The notes beneath the pieces are model-generated. The model was given only the letters and a program-made list of their open reading frames with translations, made no database searches and was not told where the DNA came from. Shown here piece after piece: positions 10,757 to 21,098 of a stretch of 64,000 bases of DNA; the stretch's first letter is position 1, and the number at the start of each line of letters is the position of its first letter. The position numbers and the translations under genes were made by a program. Origin of the DNA: an uncultured Alphaproteobacteria bacterium (GTDB lineage Bacteria > Pseudomonadota > Alphaproteobacteria > RF32 > CAG-239); NCBI GenBank assembly GCA_910587405.1, contig CAJUKS010000003.1, positions 125,268-189,267 of the forward strand. The letters run 5' to 3'.

Positions 10757-11449
10757 ATGGCAGCAGAACAGGAACCAAAAGAACTTTCAATGGCGGAAAT
10801 TCTGGCTTCGATCCGCAAAATTTTGGAAGAAAACGGCGCTGAAGAAGCTCGTCGGCATCAAGATGATGACGACGAAGTTTTGGAACTGACTTCTTCGATG
10901 ATTGTCGCAGAGGCAAGCCCGGCAAAGAAAGAAGAAAATTTTGCTGCCAAAACCGAGATTATACCGGATTTTGAAAGTGAGTTGCTCCCGGTTCGCCAGC
11001 CGTCGCCGGCATCTAAGCCGGAACCGCATCCGGAACATCGGCCCCAGCCGCCGCATCCTCATCCCGAAGCCCCGCGGCCGCCCAAGCCGGAACCGCGGCC
11101 GGAGCATCGGCCCGAACCGCCGCATCCTCATCCCGAAGCCCCGCGGCCGCCCAAGCCGGAACCGCATCCGGTTTCACGGGATGTTTCGGAAGAGATTATC
11201 CGCAGTTTTACCCGTATGTTTGAACAAAACGATTTTCGCCGGAAGACCGAACAGCCGGTTTTTGATGCCGATGCGTTGTTGCGGCAGATTGCTCAACAGG
11301 CGGTATCGGCGCGTCTGGATAACCTGATGTTGCAAAATATGGTCAAAGAAACGATTGTTCCCGTTCTGGAAGAATGGCTTTCGCATTATCTTCCCAAACT
11401 GGTTGCCGAAGAAGTCGAACGAGTGATGGTAAAGGCCGGCAGACGCTGA
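10757..11449 (+). CDS. popZ: Polar organising protein PopZ homologue with proline-rich tandem-repeat linker
   Basis: N-terminal MAEILASIRKIL and C-terminal LEEWLSHYLPKLVAEEVERV match PopZ (DUF2497) conserved ends; acidic/Pro-rich middle. Confidence 0.65.
   Translation: MAAEQEPKELSMAEILASIRKILEENGAEEARRHQDDDDEVLELTSSMIVAEASPAKKEENFAAKTEIIPDFESELLPVRQPSPASKPEPHPEHRPQPPHPHPEAPRPPKPEPRPEHRPEPPHPHPEAPRPPKPEPHPVSRDVSEEIIRSFTRMFEQNDFRRKTEQPVFDADALLRQIAQQAVSARLDNLMLQNMVKETIVPVLEEWLSHYLPKLVAEEVERVMVKAGRR
11026..11170. repeat. 69-bp tandem direct repeat (2 full units) inside popZ encoding PEHRP(Q/E)PPHPHPEAPRPPKPEP(R/H)
   Basis: Nearly identical 49-nt cores at 11048-11096 and 11117-11165, period 69 bp. 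Confidence 0.7.
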
Positions 11450-11551
11450 CAAATCGCAGCGCCGGCCTCCCTTGATATGCCCCGGGCTTGCGCCTTGCGG
11501 GCGGTTTGTGCTTTTATTTGTTGAACAAAATTACTGAAAACTGGAAAAAAT

Positions 11552-14218
11552 ATGCTAGACAAGACTTACGACCCGAAAAATTTTGAAGAAAAAATTTATG
11601 CCGAGTGGGAAGCCGCCGGCGACTTTAAACCCAACATGAACAAAAATAAAGAAGCCTTTGCCGTTGTTATTCCGCCGCCGAACGTTACCGGCGTGCTGCA
11701 CATGGGGCATGCGTTGGATGACACCTTGCAGGATATCCTGATCCGCTATAACCGGATGCAGGGTAAAAACGTGTTATGGCAGCCGGGAATGGATCATGCC
11801 GGAATTGCCACTCAGATGGTGGTTGAACGAAATCTGGCTGCCGAAGGCATCACCCGTCATGACCTGGGGCGCGAAAAATTTATTGAAACCGTATGGCAGT
11901 GGAAAGAAAAATCGGGCGGCACCATTTGCAAACAGTTGCGTCGGCTCGGCGCCTCGTGCGACTGGTCGCGTTCGCGCTTTACCATGGATGAAGGACTGTC
12001 GCGTGCCGTACGCAAAATCTTTGTCCGTCTGTACAAGGACGGTCTGATTTATAAGGCCAAGAAGCTGGTTAACTGGGACTCCAAATTTATGACCGCCGTT
12101 TCCGATCTGGAAGTGATTCAGAAGGAAACCGTCGGCAAAATGTATTATTACAAATATCCGATCAAAGGCGAGGAAGGGCAGTTTGTTCACATTGCCACCA
12201 CCCGTCCCGAAACCATGTTCGGCGATACCGCGGTTGCCGTTTCCAAAGACAATGAAAAACTGAAACATCTGATCGGCAAGGAATGCATTGTTCCGATTAT
12301 CAATCGGGCAATTCCGATTGTGGCGGATGATCATGCCGACCCCGAAAAAGGAACCGGTGCGGTTAAAATTACCCCGGCACATGATTTTAACGACTTTGAA
12401 GTCGGCAAACGCCACAACCTGCCGTTGATCAATATTCTCAATCCCGACGCCACTCTCAACGAGAACACGCCGTTTGCCGGTATGGATACTCAAACGGCCC
12501 GGAAGGCAACGATTGCCGAGCTGGAAAAATTGGGACTGATGGAAAAAATCGAAGATCATCCGATGGTTATTCCGTACGGCGATCGTTCCAACGTCGTGAT
12601 TGAACCGTTGTTGACCGATCAGTGGTTTGTCGATGCGCCGACTTTGGCCAAAGAAGCCATCCGTGCGGTCGAAGACGGCGAAATGCAGTTTGTGCCCAAG
12701 TCCTATGAAAAGACCTATTTTGAATGGATGCGCAATATCCAGCCGTGGTGTATTTCCCGTCAATTGTGGTGGGGACACCAGATGCCGATTTGGTATGGTC
12801 CCGACGGTGAAATCTTTTGTGAAGAAAATGCCGAAGAAGCTCAGGCCGCTGCCGACAAACATTATGGCAAGCCGGTTGAACTGACACGCGAGACCGATGT
12901 GCTGGATACCTGGTTTTCTTCCGGTTTGTGGGCGTTCTCAACCATGGGTTGGCCGGACAAAAGTGAATATTTGGATGCTTTTTATCCGACTTCGGTACTG
13001 GTAACCGGTTTTGACATTATTTTCTTCTGGGTTGCCCGGATGATGATGATGAGCATGTATGTTATGAAAAAAGTGCCGTTCAAAAAAGCTTATATTCACG
13101 GTTTGGTCCGCGACGAACAGGGACGCAAAATGTCAAAGTCCAAAGGTAACACGGTTGATCCGATGGAAATTATCGAGAAATACGGTGCCGATGCGTTGCG
13201 CTTCTTTATGGCCGCGATGGAAACCCAGGGGCGTGATATCAATGTTTCGGAAGCCCGTATTCAGGGTTATCGCAATTTTGCCACCAAACTGTGGAACTCC
13301 GCCCGTTTTGGCGAGATGAACCGGTGCGAATTGCCGCAAGGCTTTGATGAAGATAAAGTCGAACACCCGGTTAACCGCTGGATTGTCGCCAAAGTTAAGC
13401 AGGCGACTGCCGAGTTGACCGAAAATTTGAACAACTTCCGCTTTTCCGATGCTGCCAACACTGTTTATCAGTTTGTTTGGGGCGCGTTCTGCGACTGGTA
13501 TATCGAAATGATTAAACCGATTTTGTATGGCGATAACGAAGCCGAAAAAGCAGAAACCCGTGCGGCATTTGCCTGGGTATTCAATCGGATTCTGGTGATC
13601 CTGCATCCGTTTATGCCGTTTATTACCAGTGAGTTGTGGAACAATACCGGCATCCGCGGCGAACGCTTAATCAATGCCTCGTGGCCGCAAAACGAAGATT
13701 ACAGTGTTTCGGCAATCGGCGATATCGATTGGGTGATCGAATTGATCGGTTCCATCCGCTCGCTGCGCGCGGAAATGAACTTGCCCGCCGGCGCCCGACT
13801 GACAGTATGGCTGCAAGGTGCAAATGCCGAATCTCTGACGCATTTGCAGCAGTTCAAAACCATTATCTGTTCGTTGGCGCGGTTGGAAGATATTGCCGGT
13901 TACAACGGTGAGGTAACGCCGGATATGGTTCAAAGCGTATTCCGCGAAGCCTCGATGCTGATTCCGTTGAAAGGCATTGTGGATTTTGCGGCCGAGCGTG
14001 AACGTCTGCAAAAGGAACTGGCGGCGTTGGAACAAAATTTGGCCGGGTATGAACGCAAGCTTGCCAACCCCAGTTTTGTCGAACGGGCACCGAAAGCCGT
14101 GGTTGACGAAGAAAAACGGCGTCGGGCCGAAGCTTTGGACAATAAGGCCAAGGTTGAAAAAGCTCTGCAGCGCATTAAAGCAAGCGAGGGCGTTCAAAGC
14201 TCTTCTCAGGCATCGTAA
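11552..14218 (+). CDS. valS: Valine--tRNA ligase
   Basis: 888 aa; HMGH and KMSKS motifs; C-terminal coiled coil. Confidence 0.95.
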   Translation: MLDKTYDPKNFEEKIYAEWEAAGDFKPNMNKNKEAFAVVIPPPNVTGVLHMGHALDDTLQDILIRYNRMQGKNVLWQPGMDHAGIATQMVVERNLAAEGITRHDLGREKFIETVWQWKEKSGGTICKQLRRLGASCDWSRSRFTMDEGLSRAVRKIFVRLYKDGLIYKAKKLVNWDSKFMTAVSDLEVIQKETVGKMYYYKYPIKGEEGQFVHIATTRPETMFGDTAVAVSKDNEKLKHLIGKECIVPIINRAIPIVADDHADPEKGTGAVKITPAHDFNDFEVGKRHNLPLINILNPDATLNENTPFAGMDTQTARKATIAELEKLGLMEKIEDHPMVIPYGDRSNVVIEPLLTDQWFVDAPTLAKEAIRAVEDGEMQFVPKSYEKTYFEWMRNIQPWCISRQLWWGHQMPIWYGPDGEIFCEENAEEAQAAADKHYGKPVELTRETDVLDTWFSSGLWAFSTMGWPDKSEYLDAFYPTSVLVTGFDIIFFWVARMMMMSMYVMKKVPFKKAYIHGLVRDEQGRKMSKSKGNTVDPMEIIEKYGADALRFFMAAMETQGRDINVSEARIQGYRNFATKLWNSARFGEMNRCELPQGFDEDKVEHPVNRWIVAKVKQATAELTENLNNFRFSDAANTVYQFVWGAFCDWYIEMIKPILYGDNEAEKAETRAAFAWVFNRILVILHPFMPFITSELWNNTGIRGERLINASWPQNEDYSVSAIGDIDWVIELIGSIRSLRAEMNLPAGARLTVWLQGANAESLTHLQQFKTIICSLARLEDIAGYNGEVTPDMVQSVFREASMLIPLKGIVDFAAERERLQKELAALEQNLAGYERKLANPSFVERAPKAVVDEEKRRRAEALDNKAKVEKALQRIKASEGVQSSSQAS

Positions 14219-14347
14219 TTTAAAAACAGATGCTGTGAAAGGTCAGCCGTGTTTTGCGACCGGCCTTTTCTGATTGTGTTTTCAGATGCCGAATGTTTAT
14301 CCTTAGTGCGTTCGGCTGCGAAAATACGTTTTTTTCCGAATAAATGA

Positions 14348-14373
14348 AAACCCCGGGCAATAAGTCCGGGGTT
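14348..14373 (-). terminator. Hairpin accccgg/ccggggt downstream of minus-strand 705-aa gene
   Basis: Perfect 7-bp GC stem; U-rich tract on minus strand. Confidence 0.4.
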
Positions 14374-14384
14374 TGAGTTGTCTG

Positions 14385-16502
14385 TTAATATGTGTTTTGT
14401 GTCCGTCGCCGACCATAATTTCCGTTTGTCGGTTGGCCGTTGTTTGCACCGTTGTTGCCATGCGGTGCATGCGGATCCTGCTGAGGTGCACCGGCCTGAT
14501 GTCCGGCAGCTCCCCGATTGAGGGTATGGCGCAGTTCTTCCTTCAGCTTGTTGAAATCGTGCTTCGGTGTACCGATCCGGATGACAACAATCGGCGGCAA
14601 ACCGATATCGGCCAGCTCGGTTTTAACGTTGTCGATTTCCGTACTCGCTTCAGTCAGGTACGGCGTAACCGCATCACGGGCAGCATTACCCTTATAAAAA
14701 TCGTCTTTGACCAATTTGCGATATTCTTCTTCAATTTTGTTTTTGGCCCGTTTTTGCTGAGTTTCCTGCATCGTTTTGAAAAGATAAATGGCGGCTTCGG
14801 GAGGCATTTCACGCATCGGGATATCTTCATGTCCGTTGATGTAAGCCTTGAATTTCTCTTTTTCTTCCGGGGTGAGGGAAGTGCACTGATCGGAAACCAG
14901 ATAACCGATCGTGGCATCTTTTTTACCAATTCCGTCATTGTAAGCGGCATACAGTTTAGCCACGGCTTTGGCGGCGCCGATGGCTGCTGCCGCACCGTCC
15001 GGGTTGCCGGAACCGTTTGCTTTAATAATGTCTTCGTAAGCGTAACGCAGGCCGAAGTCTTCCCACCAATCGCGGAACGGCGAGAAATTGTAGGCGCCGA
15101 CGGCATGGCGGACGCAACGGCATTCGGCATCGTTTTTATTTTTGGGATCATCCCATTGAATACCTTTTTGCTGCAACTGATAAGCCAATTGCAAGGCGAG
15201 GTCGCGGCGATATTTGATAACTTTGGGGTTGTTTTTGCCGTTTTTGCCTTCGGCGGCGTCAATCATTTTGTCAAATTTGGTTTGGGACAGTTTGAGGTCA
15301 ACCGGCACAATCAACGCGCGGCCGCAGCCAAGCCGGATCGCCGTCTCGTTGGCGTCGCTCAAAGTACCGAATTTTACCCGTTTGATGCCGGCGTCTTTAT
15401 AAGCGTCCATAATACGATCGGCATAATTGTCGTTAAGCACTTTGCCGCTTGGCAGCGAGAACGAAACTTCCAAACGTCCGTTTTCGTCCATGCGAACATA
15501 CAGTTTGCATTCGTGGCGGGTTTTGACATCTTTGGTTTTGCTGTCAATAACGCCGTCTTGTTGCATATTTTCGGGATTTTCTTTTTCAAAAGCGGTGAAC
15601 ACGGTGTAGCCGCCTTTGTGGGTTACAAAATAGCTCAATCCGCGGCGTTTGTTTTTATCCATCCATTTCGTCAGGGACTGAATCGCGTTTTCATAGGCAT
15701 CGGCCGGCGCTTTGTTGGTGTCGCCGCCGCGTACCGGAATTGCGCCGGTTACCGGAATGTCGGGAGTGTTGTCGCCGTTGCCGTTGTTGTTGTCGTCCGG
15801 TGTCTGAGTTTCGTCGTTGGCAGCCTGCTCGACGGCCAGCGGAGCGGCGGCGCTGTAGCCGGTGTCTTCGCCTTGGCGCCCGATTTCTTGTTTAATGTCA
15901 TCTTTGGCCGCGGCAAACATTTCGCCGGTGGTCTGATCGGCGTTTTCCAGCTTAAGCGAGTCCATATCGATAAAGGATGCCAGACCGCGGCGGTCAAGGT
16001 AAGCCAGCATTTCTTTCAAGCGGTCCGGAGTCATGCCGGAGGGATCAAAATAAAGCTTGCCGTCATGAATTTGGAACGAAATATCGGTCGGTTTCATAAT
16101 GTCAACCGCCAAAAACAGATTGCCGTTCTGATCTTCGCAAATTCGGGCGTTGGCACGTTCGCTTTCTTTAGCTCTGTCTCCTTCGCCTTCGGAGACGGTT
16201 TCTGCGTTGGTGGCGTTTTTCAAGGCATACAAGGTCGTATAAAGCTCGGGATTTTTCTGATAAACGTCCAACTCGTCGCAAGCGTTTTTGTAAGCGACTT
16301 CTTCCTTGCGTTTGCGCAGATAGGCTTCGCGTGCGGCGCGGTCGTCGCCGAGATCTTCGGGAATTTCAATAGCCTTCCGGATATGGCTTTCGAGGACATT
16401 GCGAACCTCTTCGGCGGTATGTGTCCGGTTTTGGGCAAATTTTTGCAAGTCCAGTTCCATAAAGGGCTTGCCTGCAGTGTTGTTTGTTGCTTTCGTTACC
16501 AT
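14385..16502 (-). CDS. Large hypothetical protein (705 aa), charged, no recognisable domains, Asn/Gly/Gln-rich C-terminus
   Basis: Minus-strand frame is protein-like whereas the overlapping plus-strand ORF (14373-16523) is low-complexity F/V/G-rich shadow; own terminator. Confidence 0.7.
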   Translation of the reverse strand: MVTKATNNTAGKPFMELDLQKFAQNRTHTAEEVRNVLESHIRKAIEIPEDLGDDRAAREAYLRKRKEEVAYKNACDELDVYQKNPELYTTLYALKNATNAETVSEGEGDRAKESERANARICEDQNGNLFLAVDIMKPTDISFQIHDGKLYFDPSGMTPDRLKEMLAYLDRRGLASFIDMDSLKLENADQTTGEMFAAAKDDIKQEIGRQGEDTGYSAAAPLAVEQAANDETQTPDDNNNGNGDNTPDIPVTGAIPVRGGDTNKAPADAYENAIQSLTKWMDKNKRRGLSYFVTHKGGYTVFTAFEKENPENMQQDGVIDSKTKDVKTRHECKLYVRMDENGRLEVSFSLPSGKVLNDNYADRIMDAYKDAGIKRVKFGTLSDANETAIRLGCGRALIVPVDLKLSQTKFDKMIDAAEGKNGKNNPKVIKYRRDLALQLAYQLQQKGIQWDDPKNKNDAECRCVRHAVGAYNFSPFRDWWEDFGLRYAYEDIIKANGSGNPDGAAAAIGAAKAVAKLYAAYNDGIGKKDATIGYLVSDQCTSLTPEEKEKFKAYINGHEDIPMREMPPEAAIYLFKTMQETQQKRAKNKIEEEYRKLVKDDFYKGNAARDAVTPYLTEASTEIDNVKTELADIGLPPIVVIRIGTPKHDFNKLKEELRHTLNRGAAGHQAGAPQQDPHAPHGNNGANNGQPTNGNYGRRRTQNTY

Positions 16503-16606
16503 AAAATCCTCCGCATAAGCTGAAATATTAAAAATATCATAACATGATTATACAAAAAAGCAAGCGTTTTTTGACAAAAAAGAGATGGCGATGCGTTAAA
16601 AAATCA

Positions 16607-17263
16607 TCAGCGGTAACGGCGCAGAATCCCGCTTAAAATTCCCTGTACCCTGACGCGCGAAGGTGCGAGCTTGCGGATTTCGTAGGCCTGATTACAGGGC
16701 TTGAGCCAGACTTCGTCTTTTTTCTTCTGCCACACTTTGAGCGTGGCTTCCGATTCGTCCACCAGAGCCACCACGATTTGTCCATTTTCGGCAGTTTGGG
16801 CTTTGCGGATAATGGCGGTGTCGCCGTCCATGATGCCGGCCTCGATCATCGACTCTCCTTCGACCGTCAGAGCATAGAAACTGCCGCGGCTGACCATCTC
16901 GAGCGGCACCGTGATGCTTTCGTTTTCGTCGGCAATGGCGGCAATCGGCGTTCCGGCCGCAATTTTGCCGTACAGCGGGACCGGCACCGCCGCGGTGAGC
17001 AGCGCCTGCCGGATCTTTTTTTCTTCTTCGATGATTTCGCGCGGTTTAAAACGCGGCGTTCGCAAAACTTCCAACGCCCGTGCTTTGTGGGGAAGCTTTT
17101 TTACAAAATCGCGTTCAATCAGTTCTTCGATCAGGGCATGAATTCCGGATTTCGATTTGATGCCGACGGCTTGCTTCATTTCTTCGAAAGAAGGGCAACA
17201 GCCGTTTTCTTTGATAAAATTGTCGATAAACATCAGCAGCTTGTATTGTTTGGGTGTCAGCAT
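16607..17263 (-). CDS. lexA: LexA repressor
   Basis: N-terminal winged HTH, long linker, C-terminal S24 peptidase domain (Ser/Lys dyad region GDTAII...KVW). Confidence 0.9.
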   Translation of the reverse strand: MLTPKQYKLLMFIDNFIKENGCCPSFEEMKQAVGIKSKSGIHALIEELIERDFVKKLPHKARALEVLRTPRFKPREIIEEEKKIRQALLTAAVPVPLYGKIAAGTPIAAIADENESITVPLEMVSRGSFYALTVEGESMIEAGIMDGDTAIIRKAQTAENGQIVVALVDESEATLKVWQKKKDEVWLKPCNQAYEIRKLAPSRVRVQGILSGILRRYR

Positions 17264-17296
17264 CAGCGTCTTTCCTCAGGTTGTCGTCTCTTGTAT

Positions 17297-17311
17297 GTTC
17301 TACTTTAGTTC
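17297..17311. promoter_or_regulatory. Alphaproteobacterial-type LexA box GTTC-N7-GTTC (gttctactttagttc) in lexA/lysS divergent intergenic region
   Basis: Exact match to the GTTCN7GTTC direct-repeat SOS box, 34 bp upstream of lexA start. Confidence 0.6.
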
Positions 17312-17408
17312 TTTGCCCCCGTCAAGCAATTATTAGGTTGAAAATTTTACCGCTATTGTTTATAGTGTCGAAAAACATGGTAAAAAACATCATACAGGAA
17401 TTTTACAA

Positions 17409-18878
17409 ATGGCAACAGAAACAAATATTCACAGAGAATCACGACTGGCAAAATTCAACAATTTGACTGAGAAGGGTTACAATCCGTATCCGTATTGTTT
17501 CAAACCCGATGCCTTTGCTGCCGATTTGCAGGAAAAATACAAAGATTTGGCTGCCGGCGAAAATACCGAAGACCGGGTAACGATTGCCGGACGCGCCATG
17601 GCGGTCCGCAACAGCGGCATGTTCATCGATCTGAAAGACGTCAGCGGAAAAATTCAGGTTTTCTGCCATAAAAGCCATCTCGACGAAGCCGGACTGGAGC
17701 TGCTGAAAAATCTGGACGTCGGCGATTTGGTCGGTGTCTCTGGTTTTGTGCGCCGGACCCCGCGCGGCGAATTGTCGGTTGCGGCCGAAAAGTTCGACAT
17801 TATCGGCAAAGCGCTGCAACCGCTGCCGGAGAAGTTTCACGGCCTGACCGATATCGAAGCCCGTTATCGTCAGCGTTACGTTGATTTTATCATGAACGAC
17901 GACAGCCGCGAAATTTTTGAGAAACGTTGCCGCATTACGTCGGCGATCCGCCGTTATTTCGAAGAACACGGTTTTCTTGAAGTTGAAACGCCGATGCTGC
18001 ATCCGATCATGGGGGGAGCCAACGCCAAACCGTTTGTCACCCATCATAACGCTCTTGACCGTGATCTGTATCTGCGGATTGCGCCGGAGCTTTATCTCAA
18101 ACGGCTGGTCGTCGGCGGTTTTGACCGGGTATTCGAAATCGGCCGCAACTTCCGCAACGAAGGGGTGGATAAAAAGCACAATCCCGAGTTCACGGCGCTG
18201 GAAGCTTATCAGGCCTATGCCGATTACAACGATATGGCTCAACTGATTCCCGATTTGATCCGTTATGTCTGCGAACAGGTTCTCGGTAAGCCGTCGTTTA
18301 CTTTTAACGGAGTGGAAATTGACGTTTCAAAACCGTTTCCCCGTAAATCGATCGTCGATCTGGTTAAGGAATATGCCGGGATTGATCTGATGACGGCGCA
18401 AACGGTGGAAGAAGCCCGCGAAATGGCAAAGTCGATCGGGATTGACGCCTCCGAATGCTCTAACTGGGGCAAAGTCGTGCAGTTGGTGTTTGACGAAAGA
18501 GTGGAAGCCAATCTGATTCAGCCGGTGTTGGTGATGGATATGCCGCGGGACGTTTCGCCGCTGGCCAAAACCCACCGTTCAAATCCGCGTCTGGTCGAGC
18601 ATTTTGACGCTTATGCCTGCGGTATGGAGTTGGGTTGCGCTTATTCGGAATTGTCCAACCCGCTGGAACAGCGTGCCCGTTTTGATGCTCAGTGTGCCGA
18701 ACGCGAAGCCGGAGACGACGAAGCTCAGATGTTGGATGAAGATTTTGTCAATGCCCTGGAAAACGCCTTGCCGCCCACCGGCGGCATGGGAATGGGAATT
18801 GACCGTTTGGCGATTCTTCTCACCGGTGCCGAAACCATCCGTGACGTGATTGCTTTCCCGACCTTGCGCAACAAATAA
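17409..18878 (+). CDS. lysS: Lysine--tRNA ligase, class II
   Basis: 489 aa; OB-fold anticodon-binding N-domain plus class II motifs 1-3. Confidence 0.95.
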   Translation: MATETNIHRESRLAKFNNLTEKGYNPYPYCFKPDAFAADLQEKYKDLAAGENTEDRVTIAGRAMAVRNSGMFIDLKDVSGKIQVFCHKSHLDEAGLELLKNLDVGDLVGVSGFVRRTPRGELSVAAEKFDIIGKALQPLPEKFHGLTDIEARYRQRYVDFIMNDDSREIFEKRCRITSAIRRYFEEHGFLEVETPMLHPIMGGANAKPFVTHHNALDRDLYLRIAPELYLKRLVVGGFDRVFEIGRNFRNEGVDKKHNPEFTALEAYQAYADYNDMAQLIPDLIRYVCEQVLGKPSFTFNGVEIDVSKPFPRKSIVDLVKEYAGIDLMTAQTVEEAREMAKSIGIDASECSNWGKVVQLVFDERVEANLIQPVLVMDMPRDVSPLAKTHRSNPRLVEHFDAYACGMELGCAYSELSNPLEQRARFDAQCAEREAGDDEAQMLDEDFVNALENALPPTGGMGMGIDRLAILLTGAETIRDVIAFPTLRNK

Positions 18879-18880
18879 GT

Positions 18881-20062
18881 ATGAAGAGGCTGCCTCAAAA
18901 GAAATTTTCAAAATCAAAGCCGTTTGCGTTTTGGCGCAAACGGCTGCTGCTTGCGGTTAATTTGACGCTTTTGCTGTTTTTTCTGGCAGGGGTGGCCGGT
19001 TTGCTGGTACAGGAAATGCGAAACGGTCTTCGCATTCGCATCGTAACAGAAACGGGAGACGATATTTCAGTCGAAAAAACGGCGCCGACGCCGGAGGAAG
19101 ACGCCGGTTATATTCGGCAGGCGCTGGAACTTGACGAATTTGGCGAAGACAATATTTTTCAGCTGGAAAAAACGGTCGAAACCGTCGAAACCGACGTGCC
19201 GGCACCGATTGCCGAAAACTGGGAGCAGGCGGTTGCCCATATCGATGCCATAGAATTGTCTGCGGAAGAAGCTTATGGCCTTTATGAAGAAAAATTGCCC
19301 GAAAACATTATTGACTCTCCGGTACGCCCGAATACCCATCCCAAAGTCAACGGCATCAAAATCGTGGTCGGGCGCAAACCGCCGTATTTCGGTTCCAAAC
19401 CGGTGATTGCGATTGTAATCGACGATATGGGAATCAGTCATCGCCGCACTGCCAAGATCAGCAGCCTGCGTTATCCCCTTACTTCGTCTTTTCTGACTTA
19501 CGGAACGGCGTTGCAGCCGCAGATTCAAACGGCTAAAGAAGCAGGGCATGAAATCATGGCCCATCTGCCGATGGAACCGCTGTCGAGTATCAACGTCTCT
19601 CCCGACGTGCTGACGGTGAAGATGGATACTAAACAGGTGACGGCCGGTTTGCAGGCAATGTTGAATAAATTCTCGAATATCCGCGGTGTCAACAATCATA
19701 TGGGCAGCCGGTTTACCGAAGACGAGATGCGGATGGACGCGGTGATGCGGGAATTAAAACGGCGCGGTTTGTTTTTCCTCGATTCTAAAACGACAGCCAA
19801 ATCGGCGGCGGAAAACGCAGCCGCCCAAAACGGCGTCAGTTATGTTTCGCGCAATATTTTTCTTGATAACGAAGACAAGTTCGATTACATCATGCGCCAG
19901 TTGCATCAGACTGAGACAATTGCGCGCAAAAACGGTTATGCGGTTGCGATCGGGCACCCCAAAGAACAAACCTACCGGGCGCTCAAAGTTTGGCTGCCGA
20001 CGCTGCAAAGCCGCAACTTGCGGTTGGTGCCGTTGAGCGAAATCATTAAAGTGCTGAATTAA
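18881..20062 (+). CDS. Divergent polysaccharide deacetylase family protein (YibQ-like) with N-terminal TM anchor
   Basis: C-terminal ~250 aa with PVIAIVIDDMG...HEIMAHLPMEP motifs typical of the YibQ/DUF610 family. Confidence 0.6.
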   Translation: MKRLPQKKFSKSKPFAFWRKRLLLAVNLTLLLFFLAGVAGLLVQEMRNGLRIRIVTETGDDISVEKTAPTPEEDAGYIRQALELDEFGEDNIFQLEKTVETVETDVPAPIAENWEQAVAHIDAIELSAEEAYGLYEEKLPENIIDSPVRPNTHPKVNGIKIVVGRKPPYFGSKPVIAIVIDDMGISHRRTAKISSLRYPLTSSFLTYGTALQPQIQTAKEAGHEIMAHLPMEPLSSINVSPDVLTVKMDTKQVTAGLQAMLNKFSNIRGVNNHMGSRFTEDEMRMDAVMRELKRRGLFFLDSKTTAKSAAENAAAQNGVSYVSRNIFLDNEDKFDYIMRQLHQTETIARKNGYAVAIGHPKEQTYRALKVWLPTLQSRNLRLVPLSEIIKVLN

Positions 20063-20160
20063 GAGCCGTTGAGTCTTTTCGTACAAAATAAGCTTCCGGA
20101 AAACGTGATTTTGAAGCGGGCAATTGAGCGGCTTGTCCGTAGCGGAAAAGCACTAACATA

Positions 20161-20189
20161 TTGACAGTTAAAATAAACATCGTTAATTT
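20161..20189 (+). promoter_or_regulatory. Sigma70-like promoter TTGACA-N17-TAATTT upstream of DUF1796 gene pair
   Basis: Consensus -35, 17-bp spacer, good -10; ~85 bp upstream of start. Confidence 0.4.
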
Positions 20190-20276
20190 GAAGGCGGATT
20201 TTACGTGAGGTTGATGTTAAATAAGTGGAGATGACGTTTTGTGACGGAAATGCAAAACAATCTCAAAGGAGTTAAA

Positions 20277-21050
20277 ATGAAATTTGATATAATTATTCCG
20301 GTGGGAAGTTTTTGCGCCGGAGCGCAAGCATTAAGAAGCGTCAAGAAAAGAAGTCGTTCGCTGCCGTTAGACTGGGTGACACCGATCTCTCTGGAGTTGG
20401 CGGTCGATTTTCTGGAAACGGGTTTTAAATCTTTTTTTGAAAAGGAAGACCTGAAAAAATATGAAAAAGATACGAAGAAAAATATCGGTTATATCAATAC
20501 CCGTACCAATGTCATATTTATGCACGACTTTAAAGACATTTCACGTTTTGATGAGGAATATGTGCTGATACGCGAAAAGTACGATCGCCGCATTAAGCGG
20601 TTGTATCAGACCATCAACGATTCCAAAGATATTTTGTATTTACACGTTTTTCAGGCCAAAGATCAGCAGATATTGCCGACCGAAGAAGAAATCGTCGTTA
20701 CTTTTGAGCGGTTGCGGAAAATGAATCCGGGAAAAAATCACCGTTTGCTGTTCATTAATCTGGCGGAAACGGAGGAAGACAAAGGCGGTTTCGATCACCA
20801 AAAAATCCGTGAGGATATCGATTATTATAATTGCTACAGAGACAAAAACGCTCAGTTTGAGGACGGTGTGCCCAGCTACATATATTTTCAGAAAAATGTG
20901 GAGACGGTTTTGAAGCTGTACAAGGTTCGTAAAAGTGTCCGGGACGTCCTCAAAAAGTTTGGGTTTAAGCTGTTAGATGCTTTAAGCAGCGTGGTGCCGA
21001 GCCGGTCTGTCCGCGAAAAACTCAGGATGATGTACAAAGAGTATAAATAA
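20277..21050 (+). CDS. DUF1796-like putative papain-like cysteine peptidase, paralogue A
   Basis: MKFDIIIPVGSFC...LPLDW...FMHDF motif set (Cys and His candidates); RBS aaaggag. Confidence 0.5.
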   Translation: MKFDIIIPVGSFCAGAQALRSVKKRSRSLPLDWVTPISLELAVDFLETGFKSFFEKEDLKKYEKDTKKNIGYINTRTNVIFMHDFKDISRFDEEYVLIREKYDRRIKRLYQTINDSKDILYLHVFQAKDQQILPTEEEIVVTFERLRKMNPGKNHRLLFINLAETEEDKGGFDHQKIREDIDYYNCYRDKNAQFEDGVPSYIYFQKNVETVLKLYKVRKSVRDVLKKFGFKLLDALSSVVPSRSVREKLRMMYKEYK

Positions 21051-21098
21051 TTTTTTGCCGGTCGGTGATGCTGTCGGCGGCAGGTGTTGGATCTAAAT

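Noticed and set aside
14373-16523. 716-aa plus-strand ORF overlapping the 705-aa minus-strand gene
   Set aside because: Translation is low-complexity (F/V/G/A-rich, FFFNFVFGPFLL-type runs) typical of a shadow frame of a GC-skewed gene; the minus-strand frame is protein-like and has its own terminator.
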